Assembly: GCA_044892525.1 (NCBI GenBank) | Contig: CM097886.1 | Span: forward strand, 142,104,001 to 142,168,000 | Source: Schmidtea polychroa | Taxonomy: Eukaryota | DNA: 64,000 nucleotides | Direction of reading: 5' to 3' | Shown: positions 54,125 through 63,357 of the stretch, piece after piece | Position numbering within the stretch: position 1 is the stretch's first letter | Layout: each line of letters opens with the position of its first letter | Made by a program: the position numbers and the translations under genes | The notes under the pieces: model-generated | What the model was told of the DNA's origin: nothing | The model's database searches: none | Seen by the model: the letters and a program-made list of their open reading frames with translations, nothing else

Positions 54125-54721
54125 ATGACCTCGAAGAGTTCCTCTACTGAAGAATCTTTGCAAGAATTAATAAATTCAAATAAAAATAAATCAGTAGTAA
54201 TTGATGGTAAAAAATATTTTATTGGAAAACATGTAAAAGAACAAGTTAGAGCGAAGCTGAAGGGCTCTTCGACTAAAGAAGGCGGCATTCTTCCATTAGC
54301 TGCTTTAATACCTGCAATCATTGCTGGTTTATCAGGTGCTGCTGGAATAGCTGGAGGAATTGCAACTACAGTTCAAAAAGCTAAAGAATCTCAAAAGACA
54401 GACCTAGAAAAAGAAAAACTACAAACTGAAATCGATTCAATGAACAAGGGAAAAGGCCTCTATCTTAATCCATATGAGGGGACTCTGTCTGAAGGTCAAA
54501 AGTCTCAGGGGACTCTGTCCAAGGGAAAGGGTCTCTATCTTGATCCTTATAAAGGTAGAGGTTTAAATGATTTTTTAAAAAATCAAATTTCTACATCTGA
54601 ATCTTTATTTTCAAAAGATAAAGATGATTTAAAAAAAATATGTAAATCTTTAAAGAATGGATGCCTTTGTAAAACTAAAAATGGTAAAGGTTTATACTTG
54701 AAACCCTTCGAACCCCATTGA
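54125..54721 (+). CDS. Adenovirus pX(mu)-like core/maturation protein, 198 aa
   Basis: EGGILPLAALIPAIIAGLSGAAGIAGGIA resembles the adenovirus pX tail GGILPLLIPLIAAAIGAVPGIA; three GKGLYLxP repeats. Confidence 0.65.
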   Translation: MTSKSSSTEESLQELINSNKNKSVVIDGKKYFIGKHVKEQVRAKLKGSSTKEGGILPLAALIPAIIAGLSGAAGIAGGIATTVQKAKESQKTDLEKEKLQTEIDSMNKGKGLYLNPYEGTLSEGQKSQGTLSKGKGLYLDPYKGRGLNDFLKNQISTSESLFSKDKDDLKKICKSLKNGCLCKTKNGKGLYLKPFEPH

Positions 54722-54981
54722 TACCATTTTTAATACCATAAAAATGGTATATGAAGAAAGATTAGCACTTTTAAAAAAATTACAATCTGAACAAGATAAA
54801 TATAATAAAAAAGATACACTTCAACATGCTGAATCTATAATATTAAATGAGGTAATAACACAACAACAGGGGCCAACAATTAAAGCTATAGAGGGACTTA
54901 AAACTATAGAAGCTCCTCTAACCCCTGAACTTAAAGCTATAGAACCTTCTAAAAAGGAATTATCAAGATTAATGGGTTTAA

Positions 54982-56298
54982 CACTAGGACGGCCAGAGCG
55001 GTCATTTTGACCGTTAAGCAATTTCATTTTTATTTTGTGAGAAAACGAAAAGGAATTACCGTCTCATATTTTGTGACAATTATTCATTTTTAGTGAACTT
55101 GTTGTGCATATCAAAGCTTCAATTATAGCATTTGTCACGACTGAGATAATGAGGCCATCCCCATGGAAGGCCGAACCGGTCAATTTGACCGGTATCTTGA
55201 AACACACAAGAAAGTCACACATAATTATCTTACATACTAGAAAATATAAAACCAAATATAATTTACACACAACCGAAGCATTTAACAGTCATTTGGGAAT
55301 GTTTTCCACAGTAAACTTTACTACATACATGGCATATAGCTCCGGATTTGTTATCACAATGAGGAGCAGAACAAGTTTTTCGCTTCTTTAATTTTGGTTG
55401 TTCAGAACAGAGTTCACCAGAGATGGGACTTGCTGTTCGACGGCTTTTGAACTCCTCACAAAGAGATGTAGCTAATTCAAAAATAAAATCCCTTCTTTTT
55501 ATAGTTGATCCCGTAGCATCTTTGAAAATAACATGAGCGTTGAGAGCTGCTTTATCAAGCAAATCATAGAAAGTAGCGACTGGCCATCTTGCTGTTGCGG
55601 CTTTACTGCTGTATAAACGCAACATGCTATACATGGTATCTACAGCTGTCTTATTTGTGTTATAAAAGTGTATCATTTCAGGCTTTCTCTTTTCGTCAGA
55701 TCTCACACTAGCAGTAGAATGGAATGTTGACATGACAATGACTTTCTTGTCCGATTTGCCTTGATAGGAAACAGTGACAGTGTTTTGACACGATAAATGA
55801 GTCGATTCAAAAAGAGGCTTTTTCTCCAAGTGAGCTGATGATAAAAAGCGTGAATTTAATCTTACAGTACCAACCAATGTTGTTCGATTTACAAGGAGAT
55901 GTTCAGCTAGTGAGAGACTTGTAAAGAAATTGTCAGTGCAGACATTGTATCCTTTATTGAAAAATGGCTCCATTAGTTTCCTGACTACAAAATCACCCAG
56001 CCGTAATCCACAGCGTTCGTTTCTATCGTGAGCCCCTAAATATGGCATTTGATTGATGACAAATTTGGTTTTGACATTACTGAGAATCCAGTATTTGATA
56101 CCGAATTTATCAGGCTTATTTGGCATAAATTGGATGAAGCAACACCTATTTTTTAGCGGCAAAAGTTGCTCGTCGACAGTAAGGAAGGGATTAGGAGTAT
56201 AAACTTGAAGACAGTTTGAAAATAAGGAGCATATGTGCACCGGTCAAATTGACCGTTTTGGCCTTCCAAGGTATAAAATATTTCCGGCCGTCCTAGTG
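54982..56298 (-). mobile_element. piggyBac element, 1317 bp, internally deleted
   Basis: TTAA duplication at 54978-54981 and 56299-56302. Perfect 13-bp TIR CACTAGGACGGCC. Internal palindromes CGGTCA-N3-TGACCG at ~54999, ~55178 and ~56241. Confidence 0.96.
55263..56240 (-). CDS. piggyBac transposase lacking its N-terminal part
   Basis: TVDEQL, TDNFFTS and AVD (the three catalytic Asp positions) plus a C-terminal Cys-rich domain (CSAPHC...CHVCSKVYCGKH). Confidence 0.9.
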   Translation of the reverse strand: MHICSLFSNCLQVYTPNPFLTVDEQLLPLKNRCCFIQFMPNKPDKFGIKYWILSNVKTKFVINQMPYLGAHDRNERCGLRLGDFVVRKLMEPFFNKGYNVCTDNFFTSLSLAEHLLVNRTTLVGTVRLNSRFLSSAHLEKKPLFESTHLSCQNTVTVSYQGKSDKKVIVMSTFHSTASVRSDEKRKPEMIHFYNTNKTAVDTMYSMLRLYSSKAATARWPVATFYDLLDKAALNAHVIFKDATGSTIKRRDFIFELATSLCEEFKSRRTASPISGELCSEQPKLKKRKTCSAPHCDNKSGAICHVCSKVYCGKHSQMTVKCFGCV

Positions 56299-56906
56299 TT
56301 AAGAAAACGTAGAAATACTATTGATTTAGAAGAAGATGAATTTCTTTCAAGATTAACACCTCTTAAGACTCCAGTTAATTTTAAAATTAATACATCACTA
56401 GCTAAATCAATTATACCTACTATAGGTTATGATCCTAGAGGTTTTCAAACAATAACAATTAATAATCAAAAATTTTATATATATTTAAATTCAAAAAATA
56501 ATCCAGCGATTATTTCAACAAATACTTTTATGAATAGAGAGCGTGTAGACATTGAACTTTCAGATGGTTTTCATGGATTAATTTCTGGATATCTTCCAGA
56601 TGATGTTAAGAAAGAAGAAATTGATAAATATTTAAACTTAATAAAATTAATACATGGTAGTTCTAAAGCAAAACATATTCAAGATTTAAAGAATTATTTA
56701 AATAAAAATGAAAGGGGTTATGTTGTTACAGAGGGTAAAGGGATGCCTGTGGCTGCAAACCCAATCAATCTTTTTATTGAATTAAGAAAACTATTAGCAG
56801 CTAAAAAAGCAGGACATAATAATTTAGATTCTGATATTTTAAAGATTTCTAAAGATTTGTTAAAACAAGGAATAATTTCAAAAGATAAATTTAATAAGTA
56901 TATAAA

Positions 56907-57392
56907 ATGACTCCTTCAATATTAGATTTTTTAAAAACATTTGGAATAAATGCAAAAACAAATTTTGATTTAAAAGATTATGCAGATTATTTAAATTTAA
57001 AAATAAAAATATTAATGAATAATGAATTGAAAGGTCCGAAGGTCAAAGGTCAAAGGGTCACTCCAAAGAATATAATAATCAATTATCAAAATTCAAATGA
57101 AAAAGGATCTCATTGGGTCTGTATATATATGGACGAAGTCCCAATCTACTTTGATTCTTTTGGGATTAAACCCACTAAAGAAGTTGAAGACTATCTGTCC
57201 GGAGTAAGCTCGAAGAGAGACTATACTTTTAATTCTTTACAAGTTCAACCTAATAATACTAAAATATGTGGTATTTTAAGCTTATATGTTTTGTATAGAT
57301 TGAATAAATCTCAAGGGACTCTGTCCAAAGGGGACTACTGTTTCACTTCCTTAATCCAAAAAATTTATAATGATTTAAAATCTCTACTATAA
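56907..57392 (+). CDS. Adenain-like cysteine maturation protease, 161 aa
   Basis: GSHWVCIY, YFDSFG and Q....CG give the H-D-(Q)-C catalytic set. Intact; overlaps the upstream stop (ATGA). Confidence 0.92.
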   Translation: MTPSILDFLKTFGINAKTNFDLKDYADYLNLKIKILMNNELKGPKVKGQRVTPKNIIINYQNSNEKGSHWVCIYMDEVPIYFDSFGIKPTKEVEDYLSGVSSKRDYTFNSLQVQPNNTKICGILSLYVLYRLNKSQGTLSKGDYCFTSLIQKIYNDLKSLL

Positions 57393-57395
57393 GAA

Positions 57396-58133
57396 ATGGA
57401 AGATAATTTAAAAAAAATGGTAAACATAATGTCAGATAAATATTCAAGAACTTTATCTATAAATTCAAAAGAATCAGACTTTACTATAAATTTTGAAGAT
57501 TCAATAAAATTAGATCAAAATTTAAATTATGAATTAGGTCTATTATGGTTTTGTGCTTATAATACTATTTTTAATATAACTAAAGATATTAACACATTTA
57601 GTTATGTAAGCCCCCCAAAAACGGAGTATAACATAATAATAATAGAACCCGGGGCTTATGAGATAAAAGATTTAAATAATATACTTTCTAAAAAAACAAA
57701 TGGAGCTATTGAAATTAAAATAGATTTACCAACTTCAAAATGTATAATGACTTTAAAGAATATAGGACTTAGGTTTCAAAATAATAGTTTCTTTAGAACA
57801 ATTTTAGGATTTACACAAAACCATTATACCACACCTGAAGTTACATCAGAAAATATTATAAAAATAATAAATACAAACACAATAAATATTCATTGCGATT
57901 GTATAACAGGTTCTTATAATAATGGTAAACAAAGTAATATTTTATATTCCTTTCCCTCAACCACAGTTCCTATGGGATATAAAATAGTTGAAAGAATGAA
58001 TCCTCCAAATTATTTACCTTTATGTAGAAAATATATAATGGATATTAATTTTAAAATTCTTAATCAAGAAGGAGAATTGATTGATTTTAATGGAGAAGAG
58101 ATTTCAATGTATTTACATTTGAAACAGGTTTGA
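57396..58133 (+). CDS. Polinton minor capsid protein (penton, single jelly-roll), 245 aa
   Basis: PGAYEIKDLN, INIHCDCITGSYNNGKQSNILYSF and IDFNGEEISMYLHLK match recalled Polinton penton motifs. Intact. Confidence 0.85.
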   Translation: MEDNLKKMVNIMSDKYSRTLSINSKESDFTINFEDSIKLDQNLNYELGLLWFCAYNTIFNITKDINTFSYVSPPKTEYNIIIIEPGAYEIKDLNNILSKKTNGAIEIKIDLPTSKCIMTLKNIGLRFQNNSFFRTILGFTQNHYTTPEVTSENIIKIINTNTINIHCDCITGSYNNGKQSNILYSFPSTTVPMGYKIVERMNPPNYLPLCRKYIMDINFKILNQEGELIDFNGEEISMYLHLKQV

Positions 58134-58157
58134 AGATTCATTTTAAATTATTAATAA

Positions 58158-59135
58158 ATGAGTTCTTATATTCCTTGTAATAGAGGTGGTGGAACAATAA
58201 AAACAGGGTTTAATACAGAAGAAATATTAACTTTAACAGAAAATAAATATATTAATGAAAGAGGTGATTCAATGAAGGGAGATTTAAATTTAAATGGACA
58301 CAAGATAAAAGATTTATCTTTACCAATTGATGAAGGTGATGCTGCTAATAAAAATTATACTGATTTAACAACAACAAGAATTGAAAGTTCATTAACAACA
58401 AAAATTGATTCAATGGAATCAAAGCTTAATAATATCGAACAACGATTTAATGATAAATTTGACAAGTTACAAAGTCTGTTAACTGAACAAGTTGTAAAGT
58501 TAAATACTAGTATATTAAATTCTAAAGATAAACAAATTATGAATATTAAATTTAATACAATATATAATATAATAAATGAGATGATTACATCCTTTTATAA
58601 AAGACTTTCAAATTTAGAATCTCATACAACACACATTAACACCACACATAGTATTAGAAAAAGAGCTGCTGAATTAGAACAGAATAAAACATTATTACCC
58701 CATACATATAAACATTTTATAGAACCAACTTTAATAACAACAAATAGTAAAGAATGGAGTGTTTTTATGGTTGTAAAGATTATTGATCCTTATTTCTTTT
58801 TATTTGATGATGATAATGAAAGAATGAAATGGTTTGTGAAATGTGATTATAATAGTAAGTTTGAAAAGGGTGATGTTATAATAAGTGGTTATGATTTAAC
58901 ACATGGATATTGGCATGATAAAACTGATTCACATAAAACACATAAAGTTAAAAGTAAGAATATTATTTTTAAAAGCACACTTGTACAATATATAGATTTA
59001 ATATTTTATGAAAAAAAGGTTGATGTTGATGAAGTTCGTAAAGCATTGATGGAATTGTATAAAGACATTTTCTCAACAAGAGTCTCTTATTATATCCGAG
59101 TATTGGTACCAGATAATAAAATCTTATTTTTTTAA
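58158..59135 (+). CDS. Fibre-like virion protein, 325 aa
   Basis: GDSMKGDLNLNGHKIKDLSLPIDEGDAANKNYTD matches the tail-fibre repeat (GD.M.G.L.M.G..I..L..P....DA..K.Y.D), followed by a coiled coil; located next to the penton. Confidence 0.7.
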   Translation: MSSYIPCNRGGGTIKTGFNTEEILTLTENKYINERGDSMKGDLNLNGHKIKDLSLPIDEGDAANKNYTDLTTTRIESSLTTKIDSMESKLNNIEQRFNDKFDKLQSLLTEQVVKLNTSILNSKDKQIMNIKFNTIYNIINEMITSFYKRLSNLESHTTHINTTHSIRKRAAELEQNKTLLPHTYKHFIEPTLITTNSKEWSVFMVVKIIDPYFFLFDDDNERMKWFVKCDYNSKFEKGDVIISGYDLTHGYWHDKTDSHKTHKVKSKNIIFKSTLVQYIDLIFYEKKVDVDEVRKALMELYKDIFSTRVSYYIRVLVPDNKILFF

Positions 59136-59143
59136 TTATTAAA

Positions 59144-59752
59144 ATGGAAGAAGTAAGAGAAGAAAAAGTTTACCCAGAATTGTCATCAGGATATTATTCC
59201 CCCAAACCTTCGGGACCTTCGGGACCTTCAGCTCCCACAGAACTTGAAATTATGAGAGTAAAAGAATTTAAATCAGAAACCTTACATTTACAAGATTTAT
59301 TAAAGCATTATAAAAAAATTAAAATTAGATGGAATAAAGGGAATACAGTTTTAAAAGTTATAGGTTATTCTTTAGGATTTGCATCTGCAATATTAACAGT
59401 TATTTTACCTATAACTTTACCAGTTTTAACACTTGCGCCAGTAATACTTGGAAGTATTTCTGTAGCTGATGGTTTCTTAACTGAAATAGTTTCATTATCT
59501 TATACTTCAAAAAAGAAAAGTTTATATCGTGAAGTTTGTTTGTCAATAGAATTAGGAATCTCTAAATTATTTTTATTTCAATTAAAAGCTTTGGAAGATG
59601 GAATCTTAACTGATGATGAAATAATCAAATCAAATCAAATAATACAAGATATTAAAAATAATATTAATAGATTAAAAAGTGCTAATGTTATAACTAATGA
59701 ATATTCTAAAAAAATTAAACGGGAGAAATGGTTAAAGAATTCTTATTTATAA
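59144..59752 (+). CDS. Polinton membrane protein with two hydrophobic helices, 202 aa
   Basis: Hydrophobic stretch VIGYSLGFASAILTVILPITLPVLTLAPVILGSISV; N-terminal VYPEL and PSAP. Confidence 0.7.
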   Translation: MEEVREEKVYPELSSGYYSPKPSGPSGPSAPTELEIMRVKEFKSETLHLQDLLKHYKKIKIRWNKGNTVLKVIGYSLGFASAILTVILPITLPVLTLAPVILGSISVADGFLTEIVSLSYTSKKKSLYREVCLSIELGISKLFLFQLKALEDGILTDDEIIKSNQIIQDIKNNINRLKSANVITNEYSKKIKREKWLKNSYL

Positions 59753-59846
59753 AATGGGTGTATTTTTAAAAAAGTAGATCAGGTTGCTATAGTTGCTTAA
59801 ATTAATTGTCGACATTTTATTATTAAAAAATTAAATATCGTTGGTT

Positions 59847-61814
59847 TCAGTTATGGTTGAAAGCCAACCTTTGAATCATTAATTTATGATCTTTAAATTC
59901 TTTATCACTTAGACCTTTTATATATTCAGGATCAGTATTAAAATATTTAAGTTCTAAACATATAGGATTAAAAACTTGAGAATATAAAGGCTTCTCGATT
60001 TCTCTCTCGGGATAAATGATTTCAACATTATAAATATCAAGATCAGTAATTTTTGTATCATATAACTTATTCAACTTTTCTAGATTTTTTATTATCGGTA
60101 TTAAATTATTTCCTATAGGAAGAGTTGTCTTTAAATCACTTAGGATGAATCTCTTATCATCATAATTTGATAATGATACTTTTTGAGATTCTATCAAGTG
60201 AATATCATGATTTTCGCTTTTAATCTGATGCACTTCATCAATTTTATCTTTATGATTTGGATTCAATGTATCTATATAATCTTGATGAGAAAGATTCTTT
60301 GCAACGGATTTCTGTATTCCTTTACATCTGTTATCCTTTACAGGTTTTTCTTCTTGTCCCTCTGGTCCTTTAGGGAATATAGGATATTTAAATGAAATAA
60401 TTTCCTCTTTTTCTGGGGTTTTAAATATAATTTCTCGGGTTATAAATTCAGGGTTTTTAAATGTTTCGTATAAATATTGTTTAGCACGAATAAATATTCC
60501 ATTTTCTATAGGAGTAAAAGGTTTTTCATCTTTAAATGAAAATAATTCTCCAGTTGAATTTATTAAATTTGAAAGTGTAGGATTTTCAGCTATATCTCTT
60601 TGTAAATCATGAGTTCTTATTGTTAAAAACATTGAATCTGTATCCATTGCATGCATTGATATATTAGAACCATATATAGGTTGTAAGATGTTATAATATG
60701 TTTCATACATTTGTAATTTTGAAAGTTCTAAAATTGAAAACCCTATAAATATTGGTTTGTTGTATGTTTTCTCAAAACTCTTTAGTTCTATTGCAGTAAG
60801 ACTTTCAGAAAATACTTGTGCGTTTTTAAATGTAGGCTTTCCTAGCATACGATTATAACGCTTAATATCTTTGGCAGTATAAGTTAGGAGTTCAATATGA
60901 GTATATTTATCAACATTCTCCATTGTCTTCCCAAAGACTGAATTGTTTAAAAGTTTATAATTATTATCTTTAAAAAGGTTACCTTCTCTTTTTGCAATGT
61001 TTCGACATCTAATGTTCTCCTCGATAAAAGCTTTCATGAATGGCCTCTGTTTAAATCTTATGACACTATGAACTTTTTTTAATATCATACCTCGTGAAAG
61101 ATAAAATTGGAGGAGTCTATAGTGACAAAGATAAAACCTTCGATCTGTTTGATCACAAAGAAGTTTCATTGTTGGGGGTTTATCTTGTGAGATTTGCCAT
61201 TCAGAAAGTTCGTTGATATCAATCTTTCTTCTTACAGGAGCTAATGGGAAATATCTTGTTCCTGATTTTATATCATCTGGATATAATAAGTCACATTCTA
61301 CAAAGTAACCTATTGGAGAATCTTTAGGTGTTGAAAGTATTTCTTTTATAAGTTCTTTTGATGATTCTATTTCAATGAAATCACCCATTGGCAAATATTG
61401 AGTCATAATTCCTGAATATAAAGCTGTTGCATCTATATAAAGTATAAATATAGGATTTTTCATTGTTTCTAATATTTCTTTTAATTCCTCATTGTTAATT
61501 TTTATATATGGATCAGAGGTCTTTGAAAGCATTCTGCTAGTAGTTATTGCATTTCTAGCTTTTATTTCTCTATTCCCCATTACTGAAGAGACTCCTCCTC
61601 TAATGTTTGTTTTAATTAGATTAAACATATCGAGGTTAGTTAAAAGATCTATAATTTTATCAGCTTCTTCTATATTTGAAGTCCAAATGGTATATAATAA
61701 AGTATCCCAAGCTAAAGAGGGTGCTGTCATATAATTGTAAGGTTTAAGAACAAAAGATTTTGTAAATTCTTCAAAGCAATCTGCTAGAATATAAACATCC
61801 AAGGATAAATACAT
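59847..61814 (-). CDS. Protein-primed family B DNA polymerase (polymerase domain open; upstream part decayed to ~62040)
   Basis: YIDATALY (motif A), KLLNNSVFGKTMENV (motif B), MDTDS (motif C), KGIQK and NYDDKRF. Upstream CKTLGEY is in frame, and further frameshifted remnants lie towards 62040. Confidence 0.93.
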   Translation of the reverse strand: MYLSLDVYILADCFEEFTKSFVLKPYNYMTAPSLAWDTLLYTIWTSNIEEADKIIDLLTNLDMFNLIKTNIRGGVSSVMGNREIKARNAITTSRMLSKTSDPYIKINNEELKEILETMKNPIFILYIDATALYSGIMTQYLPMGDFIEIESSKELIKEILSTPKDSPIGYFVECDLLYPDDIKSGTRYFPLAPVRRKIDINELSEWQISQDKPPTMKLLCDQTDRRFYLCHYRLLQFYLSRGMILKKVHSVIRFKQRPFMKAFIEENIRCRNIAKREGNLFKDNNYKLLNNSVFGKTMENVDKYTHIELLTYTAKDIKRYNRMLGKPTFKNAQVFSESLTAIELKSFEKTYNKPIFIGFSILELSKLQMYETYYNILQPIYGSNISMHAMDTDSMFLTIRTHDLQRDIAENPTLSNLINSTGELFSFKDEKPFTPIENGIFIRAKQYLYETFKNPEFITREIIFKTPEKEEIISFKYPIFPKGPEGQEEKPVKDNRCKGIQKSVAKNLSHQDYIDTLNPNHKDKIDEVHQIKSENHDIHLIESQKVSLSNYDDKRFILSDLKTTLPIGNNLIPIIKNLEKLNKLYDTKITDLDIYNVEIIYPEREIEKPLYSQVFNPICLELKYFNTDPEYIKGLSDKEFKDHKLMIQRLAFNHN

Positions 61815-62399
61815 ACTTGTATATTCTCCTAAAGTTTTACACTGGACGTTTTTTTGTTATGATGTTTTGTGAGTATTTGATATATGTTTCGACTTGATTT
61901 TAAGTATGGATTAAATAAATTGAATTAATAAATTAAATTTTATCGGTTGGTACGTAATAATGTGTCTTTAGGGAAAAGCACGTGCCCGTTGCAATTTACG
62001 TAATTGAGGAGAGAGCTGCTCGGTTAATAAATTAAGTATTATTCTGATAAGTAGGAAGTAGGTAGTTAGTGGCCCGCGGCAGCAATAGGGGGGGGGGTAA
62101 AAAATGTTGCAAACTTTTGATTGCATAACTTTTTCCGTAGACATTTTTTGATTACATAATTGTTGCCGTAATGCCCAATGTTTTCTGGGATTTTAAATAC
62201 AAATTTTTTTTTTTTTTTTTTTTTTTCAATAAACAAGCCAAGGATAAATATTATTTGGGTGGGTCTCCTTGGTCCTGAGAATTTCAATAGAAAAAGGTAG
62301 TCTTCAATAAAAAAGCATGGATTTTTCACACTATAGTGAGGGGATCTTCTTGGTCATGAGAATTTCAATAGAAAAGGTGGTTTACATTAAAAAACGCAT

Positions 62400-62900
62400 A
62401 GTAAATTTTTAAAATAAAGTAAATTATGGGTCTAAAATTTAAAAATAAAGTAAATGATGGGTCTAAAAATTTAAGTAAATCAAGGTTCAGATTTATTTTT
62501 GAAATAAAGTAAATTATGGTCTAAATAAGTAAATTATGGGCTAAGATTTTTCAATTAAAGTAAATAATGGTTCTAAAAAATTAAATTACAGTAAATTATG
62601 GTCCAAATTTTTAAATTAAAGTAAATTATGGTTCTTAAAAATTAAATTAAAGTAAATTATGGTTCTTAAAAATTAAATTAAAGTAAATTATGATCCAAAT
62701 TTTTAAATTAAAGTAAATAATGGTTCTAAAAAATTAAATTAAAGTAAATAATGGTCCAAATATTTTAAATTACAGTAAATAATGGTTCTAAAAATTAAAT
62801 TACAGTAAATAATGGTCAAAAATTTTAAAATTAAAGTAAATTATGGTTCTAAAAATTAAATTAAAGTTAATTAAGGTCCAAATTTTAAAATTAAATAATC
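62400..62900. repeat. ~31-32-bp AT-rich minisatellite, roughly 15 units
   Basis: Unit approximately AAATTAAAGTAAATTATGGTTCTAAAAAATT, with variants. Confidence 0.85.
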
Positions 62901-63185
62901 AATGGTAAAAAAAAATTTAAATTAAAGTTAAATAAGTAAATTAAAGTAATAATTTTTAAATAAGTAAATTAAAGTAATGTAATAAGTAAATTAAAGTAAG
63001 ATTTTTAAATTTATTAACAAAAATAGAAGGTGTTTGAGAATTGAAATTTTTTAATGGAAATTTTAATGAATTATTTTTTAAGTAATTTTTAATAGAAATT
63101 TTTATGAATAATTTTCAATGGTAATTTTTAATGGAAATTTTAATAGAATAATTTTTAAGATAATTTTTAATGAAAATTTTTATGA

Positions 63186-63186
<1 letters not shown>

Positions 63187-63243
<57 letters not shown>
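63187..63243. repeat. (TAA)n microsatellite
   Basis: Direct reading. Confidence 0.95.
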
Positions 63244-63247
<4 letters not shown>

Positions 63248-63357
63248 TAATATTAATAATATATCAACCAAATACTATACAACACATAAAAAATTAACTA
63301 AACACATAAAAATTTACCAAATAACAAATGTAAAGATATAAAATTTATTCAATAAAA

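Larger units (their letters stand above)
54744..56910 (+). pseudogene. PZ-like Polinton protein (281 aa once reconstructed) split by a piggyBac insertion
   Basis: Joining 54744-54981 to 56303-56910 gives one 846-nt ORF (...RLMGL-RKRRNT...). The C-terminus EGKGM..NPINLFIELRKLLAAKKAGHNN...GIIS fits a conserved Polinton protein tail; the PZ name is from recall. Confidence 0.7.
48907..62040. mobile_element. Endogenous Polinton/Maverick (adintovirus-like) element, partly decayed
   Basis: Clustered MCP, rve integrase, packaging ATPase, adenain protease, penton, fibre and pPolB; intronless, tightly packed ORFs. Ends are uncertain: the left end lies across an N gap and no matching right TIR was found. 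Confidence 0.93.

Noticed and set aside
50643-59146. Poxvirus-like late promoter motif TAAA(A)TG before most viral ORFs
   Set aside because: Host-derived starts here (COPA TATAAAAATG, PARN TTAAATG) have the same context, so it is explained by an AT-rich Kozak preference.
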